Source: an uncultured Gemmatimonadales bacterium (GTDB taxonomy: Bacteria > Gemmatimonadota > Gemmatimonadetes > Longimicrobiales > RSA9). From it: 64,000 nt of DNA. This document shows, piece by piece, positions 9,599 to 20,820 of this stretch (position 1 is its first letter; each line of letters starts with the position of its first letter). The stretch is from assembly GCA_963816355.1 (NCBI GenBank), contig CAWFKH010000003.1:1-64000 (forward strand). Direction: 5' to 3'. A model generated the notes under the pieces. The model was not told where the DNA came from. It was given only the letters and a program-made list of their open reading frames with translations, and ran no database searches. Made by a program: the position numbers and the translations under genes.

Positions 9599-9635
9599 GG
9601 CATCCGGCGGAAGCTGGGACGGGAAGATCGCCGGG

Positions 9636-10880
9636 TCATCGGACCCGGTAGCGTTCGGCGTCGGCGCGCCTGAAGCGGAACCCCATGCCGGGGCGCGAGA
9701 GGTCCGGCCGCAGCGCACCGTCGTCCGGCTCGAGCACGCCGTCGAAGAGGAGGCGCTCGATGCGGACGTGGTCGTGGAAGTACTCCATGTGCTCGAGCCG
9801 CGGCGCGCAGCAGCAGACGTGGGCGTGCAGCAGCGGCGCGGTGTGGGCGGAGAAGGGAAGCGAGCGCGCGTCGCACAGCGCGGCGGCCTTGAGGAAGCCG
9901 GTGAAGCCGCCGCAGCGCGTCGCGTCCGCCTGCAGCACGTCGACGGCCTCCGCCTCGAGCATGCGGCGGAAGTAGAAGACGTCGTAGCCGTACTCGCCGG
10001 CGGCGATGTCCATGCCGGCGGGGCCGCGGTCGCGGAGCAGGCGCAGGCCGGCGAGGTCGTCGGAGGAGACCGGCTCCTCGAGCCAGCGGACGTCGTGTTC
10101 GGCGAAGCGGTCCGCCCAGTAGAGCGCCTGTTTGCGGGAGTAGGCGCCGTTCGCGTCGACGAAGAGGCCGGTGTGGGGGCCGACGGCGTCGCGGGCGGCG
10201 CGCACGCGCTGCGCATCGCGATCCGGGTCGCGGCCCACCTTCATCTTGACGCGGGGGATGCCGCGCTCCGCCCAACCGCCGAGCTGCTCGCGCAGGCGAT
10301 CGAGGGAATAGGAAGTGAAGCCGCCGCTGCCGTAGATCGGGGCGGCGTCGCGGCGCATGCCGAGGAGGCGGCAGAGCGGCACGTCGAGGAGACGCGCCTT
10401 GAGGTCCCACAGCGCGGTGTCGACGGCGGAGATCGCGCAGGAGACGAGGCCGGGGCGGCCCAGGTTGCGCACGGCATGCCACATCGCGTCGAAGGCGCCC
10501 TGCACGTCGAGCGCGTCGCGGCCCCGGACCACGTCTGCGAGCGGGTCCGCGACGACGGCGGCGGCCGCGTGATGCTCGTAAGTGAAGCCGACGCCGGTCG
10601 CGCCGCCGGCGTGCGCCTCGACGAGGACGAGCGTGGTGGAGTCCCAGGCGAGCGTGCCATCGGACTCGGGGGCGTCGGTCGGGATCGTGTAGGCGGAGAC
10701 GTCGATGCGGTCGATGGGGGCGTCGGGGTGCGCGTCGGCGCCGGCGCGCGCATCGCCAGCTCCGCCGGCGAGGGGGTCGGCTCCCCGAGCGGCGCTTTCG
10801 CGTGCCGCGCCACGGGCGGACGCAGAGGCGCGGGCGCCGCCTGCGGCGGGGCGGTCGGTCGCGGATCCGCGGGCCGACAT
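9636..10880 (-). CDS. Mandelate racemase/muconate lactonizing enzyme (enolase superfamily)
   Basis: SAVDTALWDLKA, KMKVG, DAN, EEP, GE motifs; start overlaps upstream stop (TGATG). Confidence 0.9.
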   Translation of the reverse strand: MSARGSATDRPAAGGARASASARGAARESAARGADPLAGGAGDARAGADAHPDAPIDRIDVSAYTIPTDAPESDGTLAWDSTTLVLVEAHAGGATGVGFTYEHHAAAAVVADPLADVVRGRDALDVQGAFDAMWHAVRNLGRPGLVSCAISAVDTALWDLKARLLDVPLCRLLGMRRDAAPIYGSGGFTSYSLDRLREQLGGWAERGIPRVKMKVGRDPDRDAQRVRAARDAVGPHTGLFVDANGAYSRKQALYWADRFAEHDVRWLEEPVSSDDLAGLRLLRDRGPAGMDIAAGEYGYDVFYFRRMLEAEAVDVLQADATRCGGFTGFLKAAALCDARSLPFSAHTAPLLHAHVCCCAPRLEHMEYFHDHVRIERLLFDGVLEPDDGALRPDLSRPGMGFRFRRADAERYRVR

Positions 10881-12681
10881 CAGGAGCGGTGCGGCACGAC
10901 CGACTCGACCATGTCCTTGACGCTCTGCTTGATGACGCCCTTCGCGTGCACGTCGCGCTTCAGCATCGACGTCAGGAAGTGCCTCGCCTGCTCGAACGTA
11001 ATGTGCGGCGGCAGCGGCGGCACGTTCGGGGTCGGTGACGAAGTCGATGACGCAGGGGCGGTCGGCGCGGATCGCGTCCTCCCAGGCGCCGGCGATGTCG
11101 TCCGGCTTCTCGACGTGGATCCCCGTCAGGCCGAGCTGGCGGGCGTAGGCGGCGAAGTCGAAGCGCGGCACGTTCTGCGTCGTCGGGTACTCGGGGTCGC
11201 CGGCGAGGACGCGCTCCTCCCAGGTGACCTGGTTGAGGTCCTGGTTGCTGAGCACGCCCACGACGAGGCGCGGATCGCTCCACGTGGGCCAGTACTTGGC
11301 GATGGTGATGAGGCCGTTGATGCCGTTCATCTGCATGGCGCCGTCGCCGACGAGCGCGATGGCGGGGCGGCCGGGGTGGGCGAACTTCGCGGCGATGACG
11401 TACGGCACGCCGGGCCCCATGGTGGCGAGGTTGCCGGAGAGCGAGGCCATCATGCCCTCGCTCACCTTCAGGTCGCGCGCCCACCAGTTCGCGGCGGAGC
11501 CGGAGTCCGAGGCGAGGATCGCGTTCGGGCGGCAGCTTGGGCGAGAGCTCCCAGGCGACGCGCTGCGGGTTGATCGGGTCGGCGTCGTTCATGGCGCGCG
11601 CCTCGAGCACCTTCCACCAGTCGGCCACTTCCTCCTCGATCTTCTGCCGCCAGGAGCGATCCTCCTTGCGCTGCAGCAGCGCGATCAGGCGGCGGAGCGT
11701 GGGCTTCGCGTCGCCGACCAGGTTGACGTCCATCGGGTAGCGCAGGCCGAGCATGCGCGGCTCGATGTCGATCTGCACCCCCTTCGCCTGCCCTTCCTCC
11801 GGCAGGAACTCGGAGTAGGGGAAGCCGCTGCCGATCATGAGCAGCGCGTCGCAGCCGGTCATCATCTTCCAGCTCGGCTTGGTGCCGAGGAGGCCGATGG
11901 CGCCGGTGCAGTAGGGCAGCGCGTCGTCGATCACCGCCTTGCCGAGCAGCGCCTTGGCGACGCCGGCGCCGAGCAGGTCCGCGACCTCGCGCACCTCCTG
12001 CGAGGCGCCGAGCGCGCCCTGTCCGACGAGGATCGCCACCTTCTTCGCCTCGTTCAGCACGTCCGCGGCGCGCCGCAGGTCCTCGTCCTGCGGCACGACG
12101 AGCGGGGCGGAGTAGCCGATGCCCGAGTGGACCGTGCCGTGCGAGCGGGGCGGCTCGCGCACCGCGTCCATCTCCTGCACGTCGTTCGGCACGATGATGC
12201 AGGTGACGGCGCGCTCGCCGCGCGCGATGCGCACGGCGCGGTCCACCAGATGCCGCATCTGCGCCGGGTTGGCGCAGGTGTGGACGAAGTGATGGGCGAC
12301 GTCCTTGAAGAGGACGCCGAGGTCGACCTCCTGCTGGTAGTCGCCGCCGAGCGCCTTGCTGTCCTGCTGCCCGACGATCGCGAGCACCGGCTGGTGGTCC
12401 ATCGCGGCGTCGTAGAGGCCGTTCAGGAGGTGGATCGCGCCCGGGCCCGACGTGGCCATGCAGACGCCGATCTCGCCCGTGAACTTGGCGTGCGCGCACG
12501 CCATGAAGGCGGCCAGCTCCTCGTGGCGCGCCTGCACGAACTCGAGTTCGTGGTCCGTGTCCTCGGCGCGCTCCAGCGCGCCCATGATCCCGTTGATGCC
12601 GTCGCCGGGATAGCCGAAGATGCGCCGGATCCCCCACGCGTGCAGGCGCTCGACCATGAAGTCCGCAACCGTCTCGCTCAT
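10880..12681 (-). pseudogene. PoxB-like thiamine pyrophosphate-requiring enzyme with two +1 frameshifts (true lesion or sequencing error)
   Basis: GYPGDG, RHEE, SGPGAIHLLNGLYDA, GDGAMQMNG; span 1802 nt = 600 codons + 2; extra C at ~11528 and ~11029. Confidence 0.85.
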
Positions 12682-12722
12682 GCTTCGCCTTCCATCCTTC
12701 GTCTGCGGGTCATATTCGCTGC

Positions 12723-13100
12723 TCACGCGGAGTCCGCGAACGCGATCGTGGAGAGCAGCGCGTTCTCCTTCTGGCGCGAGTCCAGCCGCGTGTGCTGCAC
12801 GACGATCGGCACGTCGGACTCGATCACGCTCGCGTACTCGGTGCCCTTCGGAAGGGGCTCCGGATCGTCGAGCTCGTTGAAGCGGATGTGCTTCGTGCGC
12901 CGCGGTCCGACGGTGACGCGGTAAGGGCCGGCCGGCTCGCGGTCGGCGAAGAAGACGGTGATCTCGACGTGCGCCTCGCGGTCCGAAGCGTTGAGGAGGC
13001 AGGCCGTCTCGTGGCTCGTCATCTCCGGCTCCGGACCGTGGCTCCAGGTCGGGATCCAACCCTCCGCGATGGCCCAGCGTGTGTGTCCAATCGGCTCCAT
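12723..13100 (-). CDS. Sensory rhodopsin transducer (ASRT) family protein
   Basis: IGHTRWAIAEGWIP, SHETACLLN, RRTKHIRFN, ESDVPIVVQHTRLDSRQ are characteristic of ASRT; start set at ATG 13100. Confidence 0.88.
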   Translation of the reverse strand: MEPIGHTRWAIAEGWIPTWSHGPEPEMTSHETACLLNASDREAHVEITVFFADREPAGPYRVTVGPRRTKHIRFNELDDPEPLPKGTEYASVIESDVPIVVQHTRLDSRQKENALLSTIAFADSA

Positions 13101-13128
13101 CTCACCCTCCCATTCACCGCGTAAGGGG

Positions 13129-13144
13129 AGCAATAAGCGTACCT
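13129..13144 (-). promoter_or_regulatory. Candidate sigma-54 (-24/-12) promoter for the ASRT unit
   Basis: AGGTACGCTTATTGCT = GG-N10-GC with TTGC, ~30 nt before the ASRT start. Confidence 0.5.
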
Positions 13145-13248
13145 TGCGACGGTGGGGCGAGGAGCGCGGGGGTCGCCGGTGAGCTTGAGGCGCAACGGGT
13201 AGGAGGCCGCGCGGGGGCGTGGCGCGCGGATCCGGCGGCGGGGCGTCC

Positions 13249-13539
13249 TTACGGCCGTGGCACGAAGGGCGGCGCCGCCCGCGACAGCGCGTCGATCATG
13301 GCGATGGCGATGAGGCTCGCGACGAGGAGTACGGACGTGACGAAGGCGATCCAGTTGCTTGCGTGCTGATCGATCAGGTGCATGAAGAAGAGGACGATGA
13401 GGACGCTCTTGGCGAGGCCGATCGTCATGGCGATGACGGTGGACCAGACGCCGAGATCGACGTAGGAGAGGAGGAAGGTCGCCGTCGTGAGGAGGAGGAG
13501 GCCGACGAAGGTGAACGTGTAGCGCTTGGTGTGTTCCAT
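13249..13539 (-). CDS. ctaF: Cytochrome c oxidase subunit IV
   Basis: Small hydrophobic protein with AKSVLIVLFFMHL; last gene of the cox run. Confidence 0.85.
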   Translation of the reverse strand: MEHTKRYTFTFVGLLLLTTATFLLSYVDLGVWSTVIAMTIGLAKSVLIVLFFMHLIDQHASNWIAFVTSVLLVASLIAIAMIDALSRAAPPFVPRP

Positions 13540-13544
13540 GGCGG

Positions 13545-14249
13545 TCAGTGGCGCATGAGGTAGAAGAACGGCCACAGGAAGAGCCAGACGACGTCGACGA
13601 AGTGCCAGTACATGCCGCCGAGCTCGAGGGGCGTGTGGTAGGCGGCATTGTAGGTGCCGTCGTGGGCCTTGAACCCGAGAATGGTGAGGAGGATGAAGCC
13701 GCCGGTGACGTGGATCGCGTGCAGCCCGGTCATCAGGTAGTAGAGCGTGAAGAAGAGGTGCGCCCCGCGCAGCGGCAGCTTGTCGTAGCGGTAGTAGGGG
13801 CCGGGGTAGATCCCCTCGCTGAAGTGGTGGCCGTACTCGGTGAACTTGACGGCGAGGAAGGCGAGGGCGAGGAAGGCGGCGCCCCAGAGCAGCCAGGCGG
13901 CGAGGCGGTTGCGGTCGGCGCGGATGGCGCCGACGGCGAGCGCGACGAGGAAGCTGCCGGTGAGCAGGACGTAGGTGCCGATGGTGCCGAGGTCGAGGTC
14001 GGTGTGGCGCGCGGCGAGGGCGAAGGCGTGCGGGTATTCGGTGCGATAGGTGGCGTAGAGGGCGAAGAGCGCGCCGAAGAACAGGACCTCGGTGGCGATG
14101 AAGACCCACATGCCGAGGAGGGCGCCGCTGGTCTGCTGGCCCAGGCTGGCGTAGTGGAATTTCAGGTGTTCGCGCGCGACGACGTCGCCGCCTTCCACCG
14201 GTCCCGGCGCGACGGCGTCGACGGCTGCGTCGGATGGCAGGCGGCTCAT
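13545..14249 (-). CDS. ctaE: Cytochrome c oxidase subunit III
   Basis: GMWVFIATEVLFF, MTGLHAIHV, YWHFVDVVW. Confidence 0.92.
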   Translation of the reverse strand: MSRLPSDAAVDAVAPGPVEGGDVVAREHLKFHYASLGQQTSGALLGMWVFIATEVLFFGALFALYATYRTEYPHAFALAARHTDLDLGTIGTYVLLTGSFLVALAVGAIRADRNRLAAWLLWGAAFLALAFLAVKFTEYGHHFSEGIYPGPYYRYDKLPLRGAHLFFTLYYLMTGLHAIHVTGGFILLTILGFKAHDGTYNAAYHTPLELGGMYWHFVDVVWLFLWPFFYLMRH

Positions 14250-14268
14250 GCGGCGCTCTCCTCGCGGC

Positions 14269-15908
<1,640 letters not shown>

Positions 15909-15912
<4 letters not shown>

Positions 15913-17117
15913 CGGTGGCCTCGCATCTTCAGTCCGGGCGCGGTGCTGTCGGGCCCGTTCGGGTTGGCGCCGGAGCCCTGGCCGGTGAAGCTCGAGGGCG
16001 GCCCGGCGATCGACTTGATGTACTCGATGATCGCGGCGGCATCGCCGGGCGGGAGCAGGCCCTGGTAGACCGGCATGACCGGGTCGAAGCCGGCGACGAT
16101 GTCGGCCATCGGGTCCATCATCGACCTCGTGAGGTAGGCCTCGTCGGCGATGGCGGTGTCGCCGCTGGCGAGGCGCACGCGCGAGCCGTAGAGCCCCTGC
16201 CAGGTGGGTCCGACGTTGGGCGAGCCGTCGGTCGAGTGGCAGCGGAAGCAGCCGCGCCCGGCGGCGGCGGTGAATCCGCGCTGGACCATCGTCGTCCCCG
16301 GCGGGCCCGGCGCCCCGGGGCTGGTGAGTGGGGTGAGGGTGTCGGGCGACGCGTCGGCCGGCGTCTGTCCCTCGAGCCACGCTTCGAAGCGGTCCGGCTC
16401 GAGCACGACGACCTCACCCCACATGCGCGAGTGGCCGGCGCCGCAGTACTCCGCGCACAGGATCTGGAAGCGGCCGGTCCGGGTCGGCGTGAGGCCGATC
16501 GTCGTGTAGCGGCCCGGCACGGCGTCCTGCTTCATGCGGAACGCGGGCACGAAGAAGCTGTGGATCACGTCGCGCGAAGTGAGGAGGAGTCGGACGGGGC
16601 GGCCGCGCGGGAGGTAGAGCACGCCGGCGGTGGCGGGTCCGTCGGCGTAGGCGAACTTCCACACCCACTGCCGGGCGGTCACGTAGACGTCCATCGAGCC
16701 TGCGGGCGGCACCTCGATGCCGACGTACTGGCGGAAGCCCACGACCCAGAAGAAGACGAACATCGCGAGGATGCCGAAACCGGCACCGAGCTCGAGCCAT
16801 GCGGGCGAGCGCACCTGCGGCGTGGGCGGGAACTCGATCGGCCCGCGGCGGCGGTAGCGGAAGACGAACCACGCGGCGAGCAGCGTCGTCGCCGTCCCCA
16901 GCGCGAAGAAGAGGGTGAACTCGAGGTACTGCAGGTTGTCGAGCTGGCGCGCGGCCTCGGACGCCTGCGTCGGCAGGTCGAGCAGCCAGTGCAGCGTGTG
17001 CTCGAGCGCGCCGAGGACGTCCTGCAGCGGCGACGTCACTTCGACGCCCGGCGTCTCGCTGCGCGCCACCGCCTGCAGCGCGAGCGCGACCCGTGCGACG
17101 CCGTCGGCGGCGCTCAC
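15909..17117 (-). CDS. ctaC: Cytochrome c oxidase subunit II with fused cytochrome c (caa3 type)
   Basis: DVIHSF and CAEYCGAGHSRM CuA ligands; C-terminal CFRCH; GTG start overlapping the SCO stop. Confidence 0.92.
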
Positions 17118-17956
17118 TGCGAGCCCTCCCGTGGTCGTGCGCCGGGCCGGGCGCCGGGTCGTGCGCCGCGCCGCTCGACCCGCCGCTTCAGGAGCAGGAA
17201 CGCGCCCGCGAACGCGACCAGGATCAACACGGCGGTGACGTGCAGCAGGTTCGTGATCAGCGACGCGTACTTGCGCAGGGACGGGATGTAGTGGAAGCAG
17301 GTGAGGATCACCTGCTGCAGCGAGTGGCCGGTGTCGCCGTCGGCGGCGAGCTGCAGCGTCGAGTCGATCTGCGCGCCGCTGAAGTGGAGGCCGTACATGT
17401 AGCGCGAGACGCGGCCGTCGGGCGTGATCGTGTACGCGGCGGCGGCGTGCGCGTACTGGTCGGTCTTCGGGTCGAAGCGGTACTTGAAGCCGATCGCGTC
17501 CGCGACGCGGCGCACGTCCGCCTGCTCGCCGGTCAGGAAGCTCCACGCGGGCGCGGCGGCGGGCTGGTCGAGGATCGCGAGGATCGAGTCGCGTTTCGCG
17601 CGCGAGTCGGCGGGGCCGTCGCGCGGGTCGATGCTTATCGTGACGGCGCGGTAGTCCGTGCCGAGGCGGTGGTGGGCCTGCCGCATCCCCTTCGCGGCGC
17701 CGTCGAGCACGAGGCCGCACAGCATGCGGCAGTGGTAGTAGGCGAGCACGAGCAGCACCGGCTCGCGCTGGTCGAAGAAGTGGCCGAGCCGCACGGGGCG
17801 GCCGTCCTGGTCGACGAGCTTCGCGTCGAGGGGGAGCAGCGCTCCCGGCTTCTCGTCGATGCCGATCCCTTTCACGGCCGGGGGCGGCGCCTGGGCGCGC
17901 AGCGGTGCGGCGCCGGCGGCGAGCGCGAGCAGCGCCGCGAGGAGCGCGGCGCTCAC
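17114..17956 (-). CDS. SCO family copper chaperone
   Basis: CRMLC (CxxxC), QYAH, signal peptide and C-terminal TM helix. Confidence 0.9.
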   Translation of the reverse strand: MSAALLAALLALAAGAAPLRAQAPPPAVKGIGIDEKPGALLPLDAKLVDQDGRPVRLGHFFDQREPVLLVLAYYHCRMLCGLVLDGAAKGMRQAHHRLGTDYRAVTISIDPRDGPADSRAKRDSILAILDQPAAAPAWSFLTGEQADVRRVADAIGFKYRFDPKTDQYAHAAAAYTITPDGRVSRYMYGLHFSGAQIDSTLQLAADGDTGHSLQQVILTCFHYIPSLRKYASLITNLLHVTAVLILVAFAGAFLLLKRRVERRGARPGARPGARPREGSQ

Positions 17957-18417
17957 CGGGCGCCTCCCGGGCCGGCGGTGTCCGCCGCCGTGGCGCCGGT
18001 CGTGTCCGCCGCCGCGGCGCCGGCGCCGCCGGGGGTCTGGCCGGCGACGACCATGCCGATCGCTTCGTCGACCGGGATGTGGACGAGGCCACCGCGGCGG
18101 TCGACCCAGCCGAACGTGCGGAGCTGACGGCGCTGCCGTGCGGCGAGGCTGTCGGCGGAAGCGTCGTCGACGATCTGCGTCTGTCGCACGCCGTGGATCT
18201 GCGCCGGGCCGGTGTCGACCTCGGTGCGCGGCGCGGCCCAGGCGAGGGGCGGCGCGCCGGGGATCGCGGCTTCGCGCCCTCGCAGCAGCGCGATGGCGAT
18301 CCAGATTCCGCCGAGCGCGACGGCCACCGCGAAGACCATGAGGTAGAGGCCCTTGCGGCCGCTGACGCGGTCTTCTTCCTGATACACGTCGAGGCGCTGC
18401 GGTCCGTCGCGGCTCAT
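17953..18417 (-). CDS. actG: ActG-like single-TM protein of alternative complex III
   Basis: One TM helix, FGWVDRRGGLVHIPVDEAI; lies between actF and SCO. Confidence 0.65.
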   Translation of the reverse strand: MSRDGPQRLDVYQEEDRVSGRKGLYLMVFAVAVALGGIWIAIALLRGREAAIPGAPPLAWAAPRTEVDTGPAQIHGVRQTQIVDDASADSLAARQRRQLRTFGWVDRRGGLVHIPVDEAIGMVVAGQTPGGAGAAAADTTGATAADTAGPGGAR

Positions 18418-19613
18418 CGGCTGTCGTATTCGAGGGACTTGGCGAGCCGCGGATCGTTGCGCGGCACGATGGCGACTCCCGCCATGCGCCAGGCGCCGAA
18501 GGCTATGGCGAGGCCGCAAACGGCGAGGAGGGAAGCGGCGTCGGACCAGTGGGGCCCGACGGAGCCGGCGTGGAGCGCGGGCAGCACGAGCCACGCGACG
18601 TCGACGTAGTGCATGAGAAGGAGCCAGGCGCCGATCAGCGCGAGCGACTTCCCACGCCGCTTCAGGCGGTACATCAGCAGGGCGAGGAAGGGGAGCGCGA
18701 AGTGGCCGATCACGAGGGCGCCGAACGCCCAGCCCCAGCCGGTGAGCGTGCGTGCGATGTAGTACGGCACCTCGCTGGGAAGGTTGGCGATCCAGATGAG
18801 GAAGCCCTGGCTGTAGGCCATGTACGCCCAGAAGATGACGAAGACGAGCATCAGCCGGCCGAGCGCGTAGTAGTGGGACGCGGCGACCACGTCGCGCAGC
18901 GCGCCGCTTCGTTCGAGCAGGAAGACGAGGATTGCCATCAGGGAGAGGCCGCCGACCATCGCGCCGGCGAAGACGTAGGCGCCGAAGACGGTCGACTCCC
19001 AGTCGGGCGAGAGCGCCATCAGCCAGTCGATGGTGGCCCAGGTGATGGTGACGCCGAAGAGCATGAGGCCGGCGGCGCTGAGCTTGACCGGTCGCTCGAC
19101 GGGCGCGGCGTCGGGATCGCGGTCCTGTTGGAAGGACCAGCGTCGGAGCAGGAACGCGAGCCCCGCCCAGACGGCGAAGTAGATCGCGGCGCGGACGAGG
19201 AAGAACGGCACGTTGAGGTAGGCCGCCTTCTTCAGGATGTTGTCGCGCAGCTTCGGCGTCAGGTCGTCGAGCGGCGGCACCCACGGGTAGAGCCGCTGCA
19301 GTCCGACCAGGATCGGGATGAAGAGGACGACGAAGGCGGGAATCGTCCCTGCGATCGCCTCGGCGACGCGCCGCACGACGATGATCCACTTCGCGTGCGT
19401 CACGTGGCCGATCATGATCAGGCAGAGCGCGCCGAGCGCGATCGTGAGGGCGAAGACGTAGGCGGCGAGGTAGCCGAGGAAGGCGACGTCGGGCGTCGTG
19501 ATGGCGGCGATCACGAAGCCGATCACGCCGACGAGGCCTGCGATCAGCGCGGGCACGGCGACGCGTCGCACGCCGCGGACGACGCGGCCGTCGACCACCG
19601 CGGCCGCCTCCAT
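18414..19613 (-). CDS. actF: Alternative complex III subunit ActF
   Basis: Polytopic membrane protein; DWLMAL.PDWEST, FWAYMAYSQ, WIANLPSE. Confidence 0.9.
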   Translation of the reverse strand: MEAAAVVDGRVVRGVRRVAVPALIAGLVGVIGFVIAAITTPDVAFLGYLAAYVFALTIALGALCLIMIGHVTHAKWIIVVRRVAEAIAGTIPAFVVLFIPILVGLQRLYPWVPPLDDLTPKLRDNILKKAAYLNVPFFLVRAAIYFAVWAGLAFLLRRWSFQQDRDPDAAPVERPVKLSAAGLMLFGVTITWATIDWLMALSPDWESTVFGAYVFAGAMVGGLSLMAILVFLLERSGALRDVVAASHYYALGRLMLVFVIFWAYMAYSQGFLIWIANLPSEVPYYIARTLTGWGWAFGALVIGHFALPFLALLMYRLKRRGKSLALIGAWLLLMHYVDVAWLVLPALHAGSVGPHWSDAASLLAVCGLAIAFGAWRMAGVAIVPRNDPRLAKSLEYDSR

Positions 19614-20269
19614 CAGCGCGTCCCTCCCGGCCCCGCCGGCGCCGCGCCGGGCCGCACGGCGCGCAGGTAGCGGTCGAACTGCCGGCGCACGGAGTCCGGG
19701 AGCTGTCCGAGCGGCACGCGCTGGCTGAGCTGCAGCGCGCGCACGTAGGCGACGACGGCCCAGCGCTCCTCGACGCTCAATTGTCGCGCGTAGGACGGCA
19801 TGAGGCCGAAGCCGTCGGTGACGATGCGGAAGATGCGGCCCGGCGGCAGCGCCACGATGCGGCGCTCGTGGAGCGACGGCGGATGGCGCAGGGGCATCGC
19901 GGCGGCGACCATGCTGACGCCGGTGCCGTCGATGCCGTGGCAGGCGGCGCAGTAGATGTCGAAGCGGTCCTTGCCGTGCTCGACGAGCGTGCGGTCGAGC
20001 GGGATCGGGATGTGGCCGAGGTAGGCGCCGCGCGCGCGACCGGTCGCGATCGAGCTGGTCGACAGGTACCTGCGCTGGCGCGGCACGGTGCCGGGCGGTG
20101 GCGTGCGCATCGCCATGCCGTCGGGGAAGAGGTCGCTCGGCTCGAACGCGTCGTATTTCGGCTGTTTCAGCATGCGTTCGAGTCCCCATTGCAGGCGCGA
20201 GTTGGACCAGCGGCAGCCGCCGAGCAGCAGCAGCGGCGCGAGGATCGCCGTGGCGAGGGCGCGCCTCAT
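19613..20269 (-). CDS. actE: Alternative complex III monoheme cytochrome c lipoprotein ActE
   Basis: Lipobox LLGGC, QPKY, PPPGTVPR, CAACH, MPSY. Confidence 0.9.
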   Translation of the reverse strand: MRRALATAILAPLLLLGGCRWSNSRLQWGLERMLKQPKYDAFEPSDLFPDGMAMRTPPPGTVPRQRRYLSTSSIATGRARGAYLGHIPIPLDRTLVEHGKDRFDIYCAACHGIDGTGVSMVAAAMPLRHPPSLHERRIVALPPGRIFRIVTDGFGLMPSYARQLSVEERWAVVAYVRALQLSQRVPLGQLPDSVRRQFDRYLRAVRPGAAPAGPGGTR

Positions 20270-20820
20270 CGCGGCCTCTCGATCCTCACGACGCGCAGCG
20301 GGCGCGTCGCCTGCAGGTCGAGCTCCGTGCGCACCTCGTCGAAGCGATCATCGCGCGTGTCGACGCCGATCCAGAAACGGTCGACGGTGGCGCGCTCGAA
20401 GCCGGGCACATCCTGCAGCGGGTTGCGCGGCTCCGGCATGCGGGAGAGGAAGAACATCGCGACGAAGATCGCGCAGCCGGCGAAGAGGATGGTGGCCTCG
20501 AAGGTCGGCGGAATGAACGCCGGCACCGAGAAGAGCGGCCGGCCGCCCACATCGATCGGGTAGTTCCAGGTGTTCGCGTAGACCTGGACGAGGAAGCCGG
20601 CGGCGGCGCCGATCAGGCCCGCGACGAAGCCGATGAGCGGGATGCGGGTGCGTCCCAGCTCGAGCGTCTCCGACACCTCCTCGATCCGGTAGGGCGTGTA
20701 GGCGTCGATGCGGCGGTAGCCCTCGGAGCGCAGCTCGCGCAGCGCCGCCACGAGGTCCTCCGGCGTGTCGTATTCCGCCGCGACGGCGACGCGCATCGGG
20801 TCGACGAAGAGGTCGATCAT
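20266..20820 (-). CDS. actD: Alternative complex III subunit ActD (DUF3341)
   Basis: [27 protein letters not shown]. Confidence 0.9.
   Translation of the reverse strand: MIDLFVDPMRVAVAAEYDTPEDLVAALRELRSEGYRRIDAYTPYRIEEVSETLELGRTRIPLIGFVAGLIGAAAGFLVQVYANTWNYPIDVGGRPLFSVPAFIPPTFEATILFAGCAIFVAMFFLSRMPEPRNPLQDVPGFERATVDRFWIGVDTRDDRFDEVRTELDLQATRPLRVVRIERPR

Noticed and set aside
6632..9673. 1013-aa plus-strand ORF and similar long ORFs (22349-25381, 29342-32440, 33564-36089, upstream part of 45480-49814)
   Set aside because: Antisense or shifted shadows of well-supported genes; stop codons are rare at this GC and the products lack motifs
12723..13100. Light-sensing rhodopsin system
   Set aside because: No seven-TM rhodopsin or retinal synthesis gene is recognisable in the window
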